This document shows positions 27,653 to 37,399 of a stretch of 64,000 bases of DNA, one piece after another. This DNA comes from an uncultured archaeon. GTDB lineage: Archaea > Micrarchaeota > Micrarchaeia > Micrarchaeales > CABMGC01. The DNA lies in contig CAVWAD010000005.1 in assembly GCA_963752955.1 (NCBI GenBank), positions 778 to 64,777 on the forward strand, written 5' to 3'. The translations under genes were made by a program, and so were the position numbers. The notes beneath the pieces are model-generated. The model had not been told where the DNA came from. It worked only from the letters and a program-made list of their open reading frames with translations, and did not search any database. Positions within the stretch are counted from its first letter, which is position 1, and every line of letters begins with the position of its first letter.

Positions 27653-29593
27653 TTGGAAGCTATGGGGAAAAAATGCTTAATTAAGAAGGAGTCATTGATA
27701 CTAAAATATCTGTACGACTCACTCAATGTTAAAAATAAGTCAAGAAGTAGTAATTTTTACAAAAGGATATATCCTTTATTTGATTCTAAACCTGATAAAA
27801 TCATAAAGACTTACATAAATAAGCCGATAAGTAAATCTGCATTTGTTAAAATGCTTAAAAACAGGAAATATCCCTTTAGAGTTGGCTATATACAAAAAAC
27901 ACCGACGAAGGTATTAGTTGGAGTAATAGTATATCAAGGCGAGGGAGTAATTGGCAAAACAATGAAGAGAGGAAAGGTATTGCTGAGCAAAAATTATGAG
28001 AAAAACATAACTTTATTTAAAATGATCGATACAGATTTGTTAATAATCGGTAACAAAGGGAGGCTTATAAGAAAAATAAATAAATACTTTAGTTGCCCCT
28101 TTGTGGAAGAGAGCAGAACGGTAGTCTCGATAGATCCAAATACGATGTTAAAGGACTTATTGGACGTAAAAAACAAAAATAACAAAATTGATATAAGCCG
28201 AATAGAATACTTAGATATTGAAAGAGGAAAAAGATTAAGGGTAAAGGCATATTCAGACGAAGGAACTGTTCTCGACAAGTTTTTAAAACAGAATTTCAAG
28301 AATGAAAACACAAAATATGAATTGACACAGATCCTTGCAATAAGTTTTACAGACTATAAAGAAATCGCAATACTAAAAATCACTAGATTGAATGAAAATC
28401 AATATTTGCTGAAATGGAAAAGCCATAACTCATTGAGTTTGAAAATATCTAACCTCTATGGATTGAAGGAAAATTCAGACTCGTTATTATTGGATTCTAA
28501 AGATGATAAAAAATTATTAAATGATTTATTTCGGCATGAAACGCTTTCTTATTATGCTTCAAAGAACATATACAATCGCATACTTGGAGACTATGTTGAT
28601 TACGTATACGTCCATAACAATAAAGTTAGATGGGACTATCAAAACATAATAACTAAACTAAATGAAATCATTACCGCATCTGGCTACAAAACTAATTACA
28701 TAAATCTTACAAGAAAATACGATTTTTATTTGCCCACGAGCCAAAAGTCTACGCCATATTCAAAGATGATAAGAATTGTTAAGGATGGCAAGATAGCGCA
28801 GCACATTCTATTAGATCATGAAAAATTATACGAATGTGGAAATGAAACTACAATCAAACAATTTTTTGTGTTTTCGCCATTTCTAATATTAGATTTTAGG
28901 AAAACTGCAAATCCTAATTTCGATTACCTTGCTTATAATGATTACATAATAAATAGTGGTGAATTTTTATACAATTTAAAGCACGATCCGAGTAGAATAT
29001 TGGAGATCCTAACTAAATTAGGTAAGGATACTATAGAAAAATTCGAATTAAATGATCATTACAAGGTTGCATCAGAGTTATTAAATAATATCGACAGTTT
29101 TAAAATGCTCAATTCTGAACAGAAAGGCAAATTGTTCGAAGCAGTTTGCTTTATTATCCTATCTAAAATGTTTATAACGAAGAGGCTCGGCGAAAGCCTA
29201 AAACCCGATGGGAAATTCATAATCGATGATGAAAAAATAGTTTACGATGCAAAAAATATAAGCTCCAAAACAAGTTTTATCAAAAGCGTAACTAGATATG
29301 GAAAAGTAAAGGACATAGGCTATATCATCAAAGAAAATACTAAAAAATATATTTATATTGCAACACATTTGGATGATAATGAATTTGAGGAAGTCAAAAG
29401 GAAAATAAATAACGTTGTTTCCGACTGCACCGTTTCTGCAATAACCATTGATGCAATTAAGGATTTAGTAAGACTTTACGACCCAAGAAAACTTGATCGT
29501 GAAAAACTTAAGAATAAGATATTCTCTGGGGCAGTAACGAGGAGTCTTTCAGAGAAAGACGTACTAGTTGAGGAATCTAAATTGTCAAACTAA
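27653..29593 (+). CDS. 646-aa protein with C-terminal PD-(D/E)xK (FokI/Mrr-like) nuclease domain and uncharacterised N-terminal ~480 aa
   Basis: GKLFEAVCFIILSKMF...LKPDGKFIIDDEKIVYDAKNIS (P518-D519 ... D532-A-K534). No P-loop or methylase motif was seen. Very AT-rich. Confidence 0.55.
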   Translation: MEAMGKKCLIKKESLILKYLYDSLNVKNKSRSSNFYKRIYPLFDSKPDKIIKTYINKPISKSAFVKMLKNRKYPFRVGYIQKTPTKVLVGVIVYQGEGVIGKTMKRGKVLLSKNYEKNITLFKMIDTDLLIIGNKGRLIRKINKYFSCPFVEESRTVVSIDPNTMLKDLLDVKNKNNKIDISRIEYLDIERGKRLRVKAYSDEGTVLDKFLKQNFKNENTKYELTQILAISFTDYKEIAILKITRLNENQYLLKWKSHNSLSLKISNLYGLKENSDSLLLDSKDDKKLLNDLFRHETLSYYASKNIYNRILGDYVDYVYVHNNKVRWDYQNIITKLNEIITASGYKTNYINLTRKYDFYLPTSQKSTPYSKMIRIVKDGKIAQHILLDHEKLYECGNETTIKQFFVFSPFLILDFRKTANPNFDYLAYNDYIINSGEFLYNLKHDPSRILEILTKLGKDTIEKFELNDHYKVASELLNNIDSFKMLNSEQKGKLFEAVCFIILSKMFITKRLGESLKPDGKFIIDDEKIVYDAKNISSKTSFIKSVTRYGKVKDIGYIIKENTKKYIYIATHLDDNEFEEVKRKINNVVSDCTVSAITIDAIKDLVRLYDPRKLDREKLKNKIFSGAVTRSLSEKDVLVEESKLSN

Positions 29594-29644
29594 GCAATCT
29601 CTTTGTACAAAACACTTAAATAGCGTAAATGTGCCCTTATCAAT

Positions 29645-30391
29645 ATGTCAAAATTATTACCTGCGGATAACGCAAAGAAAGCTACTAGGTTAAAGCGCAT
29701 CCGTTTTCTCGATACTTATTCTATAGCATTTGGAGGCCGCAGTAAAAACTCGAAGATAATCTTCGTTGAGAATGGAACAAACGAACACTATACTATTGCC
29801 GTTTACGACAAAGGAGATAAAGCAATATTCGATATCCATAAGACGGAAAGAAAAAAAGATTCGGTAAAGTACACACCCTTTTTGCAAATGACCATCGACA
29901 TTATGAAGCTTAAAAATATTGCTGAAACACGCGGAAACGAATTACAGGAAAAAACGAACGCTGTATTGAATAATTTACTGAAGCCAGTAACCACAGAGGA
30001 ACTAGTAGATTTAAACTACCCCGCATTCCCTCTACGGCCTGCCCCACTAAATGCGATGGCATACAATACACGGGAAGTTGAGATTTCAAACCCGGAAGAC
30101 ATGCAAAACAAATTCGGCATACTGAAAAATACTAATACACTCATTCAGCATGATTTTACTGCAGCTATGCTTATGCCTGAAGATATTAGAAGATGGAAAG
30201 TCGTGATTAGAAGAGACGGCACATATTATATGTGCAATGCAAATGACCTCATTTTTAGATATTTTAAGGTAATTCTAAAAATATTTGATGGTGCAATAAG
30301 TATAGAAGATAAAGTGAATGGTACGACAATCTCATTTGCTGAGATGATACGTATTCTAGAACCTGAGTACTATGAAAAAATAAATAATTAA
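29645..30391 (+). CDS. hypothetical protein (248 aa), co-directional partner of the 646-aa nuclease
   Basis: Clean ORF 51 nt downstream of the 27653-29593 ORF with the same AT-rich composition. No motif recognised. Confidence 0.5.
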   Translation: MSKLLPADNAKKATRLKRIRFLDTYSIAFGGRSKNSKIIFVENGTNEHYTIAVYDKGDKAIFDIHKTERKKDSVKYTPFLQMTIDIMKLKNIAETRGNELQEKTNAVLNNLLKPVTTEELVDLNYPAFPLRPAPLNAMAYNTREVEISNPEDMQNKFGILKNTNTLIQHDFTAAMLMPEDIRRWKVVIRRDGTYYMCNANDLIFRYFKVILKIFDGAISIEDKVNGTTISFAEMIRILEPEYYEKINN

Positions 30392-31290
30392 TGTACTGTT
30401 GAATTTTCATGGAGTTGGTAAAAGAAAAATCCTATAGTTGTAGCAGCATTTACAATTAATGTTGCATAAATTGGATCTGGTGGTTCGGTCCCAATATCTT
30501 TTCCATGACCTGTTCCATACGCGTTACGGAATTCTCCAATGTTCTGAATAATGAAGGACATTGCTCCTAATACTTTATCTACCTTGTCCTCTGTGACTTT
30601 ATCTCGCTTAATGCTGCCACAATCAAACAATTCTGTACGAGTTAACCGTGTCAGTTCAGGTAAGTTCTCTTTTCCAGATAACTGTATTCCTCTCTCTTTA
30701 AGCACCGTTTTACATATCGTCTCTATAAACTCTTTAGAAGTGCCAATTGCAAGAGCTGGGTCGGTTTCAATATAGGACTTCATTCTTACTATCTCTTTTT
30801 GGAGATGCTCAGAACTTAGTTGGTTCGCTATATTTCGAAGTTCTTCAAGAGATTCAATAGTTGCTGGAAAAAGTCCTTCGGCCTCGTATCTAATATTTCC
30901 AAATTCTGTTTTCTTCTCCACTAATTTATATCCATCTTCCCCCAATCTTCGATTTAAAGCAGCAAGTAATTTGTTAGTTTCATCTTCATTTCTACGCACA
31001 GTCGGATGCAACATCTCTGCCAAGAAATTTAAAAATTGCTCATCCGAACAATGCTTCAGATTAAACCTATTATCATCATATATCCAATCTTCAGCCCAAT
31101 CTTTATTGAATACTCTATGCTGTCTAATATCCCCGCCAGCATTTTTGAACCGAGAGTCATACGATGGAAGACTATCAAGGTCATATATCCTGGAAAGAAA
31201 ATCAACCTCATCTAATGCCCCATTCCAGATTATATTCTCCGATCTTAGAAAATGGATAATATCCATTCGCGTTCTATTTGATAGCGTCAT
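30388..31290 (-). CDS. AbiJ-like abortive-infection protein (AbiJ N-terminal domain plus Abi_C/HEPN C-terminal domain)
   Basis: WNGALDEVDFLSRIYDLDSLPSYDSRFKNAGGDIRQHRVFNKDWAEDW...FLAEMLHPTVR, then DPALAIGTSKEFIETICKTVL...IGEFRNAYGTGHG. The ORF opens at 31356; MTLSNRT at 31290 is the likely start. Confidence 0.65.
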   Translation of the reverse strand: MTLSNRTRMDIIHFLRSENIIWNGALDEVDFLSRIYDLDSLPSYDSRFKNAGGDIRQHRVFNKDWAEDWIYDDNRFNLKHCSDEQFLNFLAEMLHPTVRRNEDETNKLLAALNRRLGEDGYKLVEKKTEFGNIRYEAEGLFPATIESLEELRNIANQLSSEHLQKEIVRMKSYIETDPALAIGTSKEFIETICKTVLKERGIQLSGKENLPELTRLTRTELFDCGSIKRDKVTEDKVDKVLGAMSFIIQNIGEFRNAYGTGHGKDIGTEPPDPIYATLIVNAATTIGFFFYQLHENSTVH

Positions 31291-31408
31291 AAGTATCTCA
31301 CATTTAAATCTACAGATCAACTTAGTATTTATTCTCCTCACACATACATTAGACATATTCTGTATTTTTAAAGTTATTAGCTTGTGCTTTCTTTCGGAAA
31401 AATATCGG

Positions 31409-32512
31409 TCATTTTGCGTCCCCTAGAAAGTCTTCTATCGGGATAGTCTTAAGTTTGTCTTGCAAATATTTCCTAATGTCATCGTCTTCAATAGCCAATA
31501 TTTCGGAATCGTATCCCACGACTTCATTCAGTTTTTTGGCAACGAGTTTAGGCCAATAACTCATACTCATTTGAATGATCGACGCGTCTATTTCTTTAGC
31601 TAAGCTTTCTATTCTACTCTTCTTTCCAATTCTATCAACAATTACTAGGGTTGCCATATAGTGTTCATGTTGTGCATATTCCATTTTTCGCTCGAACCTG
31701 CTTACTTTGTCTAGCGATATCTCTGGATTGCCTCTTCCAATAAAGCCAATGTCAAATCGTACTCCCTTTCCCAGCGTAAAGAGCAAAGTGGCATCACTTT
31801 CTCGTTTATCTGCCCTTTCAGATAACCAGAACACTTTCTCCGTGGCAGTATTTTTGTTCTTTTCAACGTAAGTAAAACCCAATATTTGAAGCAATGATCC
31901 CAGAATCAAACGTTCGAATAGTTTTCCGTAAGCTGATTTTTCAGATCCCCTAATAGTGAGCGTCTGAGCTCCCACGGCACTCATAATAAACATTAGTTTT
32001 TCCCAATTCAATTTGCCATTTCGTAAACTTCCGACATTCAATTCACAATTGAGCTCTCCAAATTCGCTTTCGAATTCCCTAGCCGTCTCTTTGATTCCTT
32101 CTGCAAATTCGGAAACGTAGTGGTCTATTCTATTAGGATCGTCACGTAGTATATTCTGCACTGCCTTGTCAGTTAGGCCAAGTAGCCAATTAAGTATCCA
32201 GCCTTCTTCTTTCTTCAATTTGCCTTCCTTCAAGCTCCTGCTAGCCCATTTTATTACTTTTTCTACGAACGCAGGATCTCTATTACAACCCTGCAAGTAC
32301 ATTAGAAACAAGCCCCCGTTGGCAATCGCAAGTTTTTTTCTTGTTATACTTTCCGTAGATTCTCTAATATTTTCGCCACAAAGGACATCCAAAATCACTC
32401 CCCGTATTGTTTCGACGCCCACATCTCTCACAAATTCACGGCCCTTCGCGGACAATACTCGCTTTGATCGCGCAGGGAACAGTTCAAAGAAATTCTCGGT
32501 GGTGGTTGTCAT
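31409..32512 (-). CDS. putative type II restriction endonuclease (partner of adjacent methyltransferase)
   Basis: Its start abuts the stop of the methylase (TAGATG). It has the same strand and composition. GKLFERLILG...ESDATLLF...FDIGFIGRGNPEISLDK is compatible with a PD-(D/E)xK core. Family not identified. Confidence 0.5.
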   Translation of the reverse strand: MTTTTENFFELFPARSKRVLSAKGREFVRDVGVETIRGVILDVLCGENIRESTESITRKKLAIANGGLFLMYLQGCNRDPAFVEKVIKWASRSLKEGKLKKEEGWILNWLLGLTDKAVQNILRDDPNRIDHYVSEFAEGIKETAREFESEFGELNCELNVGSLRNGKLNWEKLMFIMSAVGAQTLTIRGSEKSAYGKLFERLILGSLLQILGFTYVEKNKNTATEKVFWLSERADKRESDATLLFTLGKGVRFDIGFIGRGNPEISLDKVSRFERKMEYAQHEHYMATLVIVDRIGKKSRIESLAKEIDASIIQMSMSYWPKLVAKKLNEVVGYDSEILAIEDDDIRKYLQDKLKTIPIEDFLGDAK

Positions 32513-33685
32513 CTAATCCAACTTGCTTTGTGCAAATATTTTTTGAGGTTTTGACGTTCCAATCCAGTTAACGCCTGCAGTTTTATCGTGAAGCCATTCG
32601 GGGATTCTGTTTTTAATCACATCGACGTATTGCGGATTCGTATCAATAACAAAGAATCGTCGTTTTAATAAGGCTGCTGCATGAGCAACAGTACCTATTC
32701 CTGCGAAAGGATCAAGAACTACGTCGTTTACGAACGAATAATACTGTATTACTTTTTCAGCCAACTCTAAAGGAAATATCGCCGGATGCTTCTTGTCATG
32801 GGCTGGTTTAATGCGCCAGACGTTAGTTCTTTCATAATTCGAGTCTATCTTCGATTCGGCCAAGATTTTCCTGTCGGGATAATTTCGTATATACCAGTCA
32901 ATTAACTTATCGCTTTTCTTTCTATAAACCATCACATATTCCGTTATTGGTACTGCCTTATATTGCATAGGATTTCTATCTGCGGCAAATCGTCTTCCGC
33001 GTCCAGTAGCCCATCCCGCGCCTTCTGGTTTTACCCACTGAATATCGTCAATAAATTCATAACCTTCTTCGATGAATATTCTATGAATGTCGAAAGGAAC
33101 GGCAAGTCTCTTTGACGATTCATTTCGATTTGTGCGTCTGATTAAGACAGGAGATACGTTCATAACAAAGAATCTTCCATCGCCCAATACTCTGTAACAT
33201 TGCTGAATCACTTTTCTCATCTTAAGCAAGTATTCCTCATATGATACGAAATCAGAATATTCTGGCCTGGCATTGTAATACGGCGGCGATGTAAAAATCA
33301 GATCTACTGATTCCGCAGGCATGTCCTGAAGTACGCATTCACTATCTCCAAGAGCTACTGTATTTCTTAGAGCAGATAAGATGTATTTTTCCTTCAAATG
33401 TTTCTTCTCACTTTTACTAATGTTCCTCCCCAAGAGACGTTTTTCAAGAATTTCTTTTTTCGTAGTCTTGGTATTCACTATGAGAGAAGTTTTAGCATCA
33501 AGGATGACCTCCCCCACACCGGTTTTTTCTTTACTTAGTAGGGGGACTCTCCAAACCGCATATCTATCATCCATTTCTGGTAAACCGTATGCAATTACTT
33601 TCTCTAATTCCATCTCCTTAACATAAGTCTTAGCAATTTCTTTAGCTTGATTCACCTTATTAACCAAGTAATTATTTTTATTCAA
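32513..33685 (-). CDS. DNA methyltransferase, beta-class N4-cytosine/N6-adenine type (SPPY)
   Basis: DLIFTSPPYYNA (motif IV) precedes VLDPFAGIGTVAHAA (motif I). The apparent start is TTG, preceded by a 38-aa upstream ORF with overlapping stop. Confidence 0.85.
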   Translation of the reverse strand: MNKNNYLVNKVNQAKEIAKTYVKEMELEKVIAYGLPEMDDRYAVWRVPLLSKEKTGVGEVILDAKTSLIVNTKTTKKEILEKRLLGRNISKSEKKHLKEKYILSALRNTVALGDSECVLQDMPAESVDLIFTSPPYYNARPEYSDFVSYEEYLLKMRKVIQQCYRVLGDGRFFVMNVSPVLIRRTNRNESSKRLAVPFDIHRIFIEEGYEFIDDIQWVKPEGAGWATGRGRRFAADRNPMQYKAVPITEYVMVYRKKSDKLIDWYIRNYPDRKILAESKIDSNYERTNVWRIKPAHDKKHPAIFPLELAEKVIQYYSFVNDVVLDPFAGIGTVAHAAALLKRRFFVIDTNPQYVDVIKNRIPEWLHDKTAGVNWIGTSKPQKIFAQSKLD

Positions 33686-33834
33686 TTAATCACCAATTTT
33701 GGCAGAGCCTCCGCTAAAACTGCTGTTTCACCCAGAAATAGCCGGCTATTTGTATAGCGTTGCCATGACGCATGTTCAGTGGAAATCTTGTCGAAGTACA
33801 TGCTTATATGCCTTTTGCAGCCCGCCGCTAGATT

Positions 33835-33862
33835 TATCACTACTTACGCTTTCATATACCCT
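33835..33862. repeat. 28-bp element TATCACTACTTACGCTTTCATATACCCT (27/28 identical to 7019-7046)
   Basis: Direct comparison. It lies upstream (minus strand) of the M-R operon, near the boundary of the AT-rich cargo. Confidence 0.8.
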
Positions 33863-34061
33863 CTCTTCTCAGTGCTTTAAACTCGTTTCTATGAGAATAT
33901 GCGTCAAGCCTTTAGGCACGTTGACCATCCCCGTTAAATACGGGCGTTATCCTAAGCGTTATCATGGAAAATAGGATAACTATTATCGGGTGGTACCATC
34001 CTGATTCGGTGCCCGTATCGCAGCGAAACGAAAACCGGATAAGTTATCGTGAGATGTTATC

Positions 34062-34631
34062 GTGATTCAATGCCCGTATTGCAGCGAACCGCACCATTTC
34101 AGCAGTAGTGCGTCCTACAGGGTCCACAAATGCCGCTACCACCAGGGAGTGGAGTACAGGTCTCCCATGGAAGCGGCGCGGGAAGCTGCCGCAACCGAAA
34201 ACCAGCAGGTCGAGGCGCAATCCCGGGTGCAGCAGGCATCTCCCCCACCGGCGTCACCGCAACGACAGCCCGAGGATGAGCGATTGGAGAGCGAGAAAGC
34301 GGAAGTAATCAAGATGCTGATAGAGCTCGCCAATAGAAGGTGTCTGAACTCAGCACTTGACCCTGCCTGGTCTAAATGGGTAACTGACTATTTCAACTTC
34401 GTCTTCTCGCGCCCTACCGATCAAAGAATCATAGAAATAGCCAAGCTGCGGGCGGAATACAACAAGAGCCCGGGAACGCGCTTAATCGAGTTGGGTGGAG
34501 TGATACTTACGAGAATGCTTCAGGAGGGGGATAGGAGAAAAAGGAGCGCGGAAGAGGTGCCAGCTACAGAAGATGGTCAGATGGGTCTGACAAGCCAAAA
34601 CGAAGGCCGCGGGCAGAGTTACTTGATCTGA
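34062..34631 (+). CDS. hypothetical protein with N-terminal C2H2-like zinc finger
   Basis: CPYCSEPHHFSSSASYRVHKCRYH; GTG start in the ORF track. Confidence 0.45.
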   Translation: MIQCPYCSEPHHFSSSASYRVHKCRYHQGVEYRSPMEAAREAAATENQQVEAQSRVQQASPPPASPQRQPEDERLESEKAEVIKMLIELANRRCLNSALDPAWSKWVTDYFNFVFSRPTDQRIIEIAKLRAEYNKSPGTRLIELGGVILTRMLQEGDRRKRSAEEVPATEDGQMGLTSQNEGRGQSYLI

Positions 34632-34634
34632 CCA

Positions 34635-35204
34635 TCACTTCTTTTTCACTCCCACGAGTGTGTCATAGTAGGCGTCGAATCCCCCTATCTGCGACCTTAT
34701 GCTCTTGCATCTGAATGGCTTTTTGCAGAGCATCTTCCTATACTCGGGAGTGTCGCGCAGGGCTATGACGACGTTGCCCTTCATTGTCTTAGATCTTTCG
34801 ATTATCTTTGGTGCAGCCAGGTCACAGTTTCCCTTATATTTGCTGAAGCACTTGTCCCAAGGCGGGTCAAAGAAGAAGGTCGTGTCTTTCGAGTCTTCCT
34901 GTTTGACCGTCTTGCGCCAGTCCTGGCACTTTGATATCAGCACACCTTTCTCTGGCAGTTTGATCTTCTCCTTCTGCCACTTGGTCGCGGCGCAGTTTTT
35001 GTCACCCAGCACGGCGCGCTCTATGCGACCATCTTTCCTCACGTTCTGGTAGGTGTATGCGTGGCCCGCGAAGGGCTCGACGAACACCGGCGTCTTCGGC
35101 ACGAGCTTCGCAATTTCGGGCGAAGCCCACCGCAATCCGCCGTAACTATTGTGCTGGTGGCACTTTTCTTTCTCATTCCTCCCACAAGTATTCGATGTTG
35201 TCAT
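34635..35204 (-). CDS. small Dam-like (D12-class) DNA adenine methyltransferase
   Basis: YGGLRW, VFVEPFAGHA (motif I-like) and FFFDPPW (motif IV DPPY-like). Its 189 aa is shorter than cellular Dam. Confidence 0.55.
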   Translation of the reverse strand: MTTSNTCGRNEKEKCHQHNSYGGLRWASPEIAKLVPKTPVFVEPFAGHAYTYQNVRKDGRIERAVLGDKNCAATKWQKEKIKLPEKGVLISKCQDWRKTVKQEDSKDTTFFFDPPWDKCFSKYKGNCDLAAPKIIERSKTMKGNVVIALRDTPEYRKMLCKKPFRCKSIRSQIGGFDAYYDTLVGVKKK

Positions 35205-35557
35205 TTGGTTCCCTCGGTAATCTTCTTGTACTTTCGCCTTGCTTCCAAGATTTCAGGTTTCAGGCGGTCGCACAGGAGATCATTGCGTATGAGAATCAGG
35301 ATGCCTTTTTCTTCATCGTAAATCATGACAAGCGCGTTATCCTTCTGCGGATCTAGCCTGAGCGCTTCCCTCACTATGGCTGGCACGTAGACTCTCGCGG
35401 TGTTGCCGGTGTACTGTATCCTGCCCAGTTCGACCGTCAGACCGACTTCTTCGTATATGGGCTGGCCCCTACAATCTCTCTTCATTCGGATCATCGTTTT
35501 GGACGCGGATGGCACACTTCTTACCCTCTTTCTTTGCTGCCTTCGTCTGTGTCTCAT
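35201..35557 (-). CDS. AbrB/SpoVT-like regulator
   Basis: ARVYVPAIVREALRL. The stop overlaps the methylase start (ATGA). The true start may be M22 or M25. Confidence 0.45.
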   Translation of the reverse strand: MRHRRRQQRKRVRSVPSASKTMIRMKRDCRGQPIYEEVGLTVELGRIQYTGNTARVYVPAIVREALRLDPQKDNALVMIYDEEKGILILIRNDLLCDRLKPEILEARRKYKKITEGTK

Positions 35558-35703
35558 ACCAACCTAACAGTAACTCAGCAAAGTCTCTCTTGGCAGGGTC
35601 AGTTTGTTGAATTTTCATCTTATGCACCAAGCCGCATACGTTAATACCTTGAATTTCTCCAAGTATTTATAAACTCAGTTGAGTATACTAAATAGTGAAA
35701 AAT

Positions 35704-36471
35704 ATGAAGAAAGAGCATTATAAAACACAAAGATTGATGCGGGATGGAAACAAGGACAGAGTAATTTCGTTATTAAAAGAAAGCGGAGGCATGCGTTTTG
35801 GCGATTTGGTTGAGAAAGCAGGTTTATCCGCGATGGGTTTAAGTAAGGTTCTGGATTCACTGGAGGGACCAAAACTGGTAAAAAAAGATTATATCGATAA
35901 GGAAGTAATAGTAGAAAAAGAGCGCGAGGGTCCACACGGAGAGAAAATACAGGCCAAAACGAGGACCAAGAAAATAGCCGCCTATACGCTTACCGACAAA
36001 GGCGACGAATATGCTAGGAATGTATGGAACATACTCTATGAACTATTAGATATGAGGGACAAGAATGCGACCTACTTCTATCAAGATCACAGTCTCAATG
36101 AGGACTTCGGCCTTGCATATGGCGACATGGACAGCAATCCGCCAAACAGCAACTATCAGCTTCTGGATGCCGAATTAGAAGAAGTCTCGTCTCACATATT
36201 GAAGGCCTTCGCAAAGAAAATAAGGGACAGAAAAGCGGTTTTGGATCCAGAAAAAGCGGGCAAACTAATATTGTTCTTAGAAATAGACTGCAAAAAACTC
36301 ATTAGCGAAGTTCTGGTCGGTAATGAAATTCGACAGTATAAACCAACACTAAAGCAACGCAGAGAGTTTGAGGCTCAGGAAGAAGCATTAAAGAAAGGCT
36401 ACGGTTTTAAGCGAGACACGGGAGAAGCGATAGATCCAAAGACCAAGAAGGTCGTGTATAAAGCATACTGA
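35704..36471 (+). CDS. winged-helix transcriptional regulator-like protein
   Basis: RVISLLKESGGMRFGDLVEKAGLSAMGLSKVLDSLEGPKLV. The ORF opens at GTG 35695. A TATTTATAAA box lies ~35 nt upstream. Confidence 0.5.
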   Translation: MKKEHYKTQRLMRDGNKDRVISLLKESGGMRFGDLVEKAGLSAMGLSKVLDSLEGPKLVKKDYIDKEVIVEKEREGPHGEKIQAKTRTKKIAAYTLTDKGDEYARNVWNILYELLDMRDKNATYFYQDHSLNEDFGLAYGDMDSNPPNSNYQLLDAELEEVSSHILKAFAKKIRDRKAVLDPEKAGKLILFLEIDCKKLISEVLVGNEIRQYKPTLKQRREFEAQEEALKKGYGFKRDTGEAIDPKTKKVVYKAY

Positions 36472-36529
36472 TCTACTGCAGCCGTGGACAAAGCCGATCG
36501 CCCCTCTCGACCTAGAGGGCCACACCACA

Positions 36530-37315
36530 TCACGCATAGGCTAGGTTGCGCTTTTTTATTCCATTCTGGGCGAGATTAGCGCGCCTAATCTCAATCCTAC
36601 TCTTTGCCTCATTCATGCATTCAATCATCTCACCTTTCCTCTTTTCCGAGATTTGTCTTTTTACCGCAATTGCAATCGCCTCGTCTATTCCCCTGGATGC
36701 ATTTGCAAGTATCTTGGAATTTTTCAAGTTGTCTTTGGACTCGGTTTCATCAGAGGTAGATCTCATTATGTCATTAGCTGTGCGCAGTGCCATGCGCATT
36801 CTTTTCCTCGATTGAAGTTCTTCCTCAGTGCCTGCGGGGCTTCTGAGTAGATCTATCGCGAGATTGAGCGCATAGGACAGGTTGCGCTTTTTTACAATCT
36901 TAGTGCGATATGTTTTCGGTGCCGCGTACATGATTTTGGGTTTTACGAGGATTGTCGGAGCGATTGGAAGGGTCGGAGTGCGCACAATTTGCCCGGGCTG
37001 ACCTATCTCTTCTTTTGTCTGTTCTTGCCATGTTACGCCTGTCTTTATCTTCTCAGGGACGTCTGCCGGTGGAGGAGACGATTGCTGTGGCGGAGGTATA
37101 GGTGCGCTTCCTGAAGGCTTTTCTGAAGATGATGTCCTGTTCACAACCAGATCAATCAGCCAGATAATTACTTCTTCTAAGATTCTCACTAATATCTCAA
37201 AGGCGGAGTAGATGACTTCTAGCACTCGAATTAGCACCGCTCGCAAGGTGATCCATAAAGAAGAGCTCTCGCTTTCAGAATTACTTCCCGCAACAGCTTC
37301 CCTTTCTTCCCCCAT
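36530..37315 (-). CDS. hypothetical protein with Pro/Ser-rich linker and internal KKRNL(S/A)YA repeat
   Basis: 261-aa ORF. A 26-bp internal DNA repeat occurs at 36533-36558 and 36869-36894. Confidence 0.45.
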   Translation of the reverse strand: MGEEREAVAGSNSESESSSLWITLRAVLIRVLEVIYSAFEILVRILEEVIIWLIDLVVNRTSSSEKPSGSAPIPPPQQSSPPPADVPEKIKTGVTWQEQTKEEIGQPGQIVRTPTLPIAPTILVKPKIMYAAPKTYRTKIVKKRNLSYALNLAIDLLRSPAGTEEELQSRKRMRMALRTANDIMRSTSDETESKDNLKNSKILANASRGIDEAIAIAVKRQISEKRKGEMIECMNEAKSRIEIRRANLAQNGIKKRNLAYA

Positions 37316-37399
37316 GGTTAGTCATGAGTTTGAAAAGTGATAAATCTCTTTGCATATTGTGATACGTTAGCGCGGCGCACTGCCGTTCGTTCAGCACCA

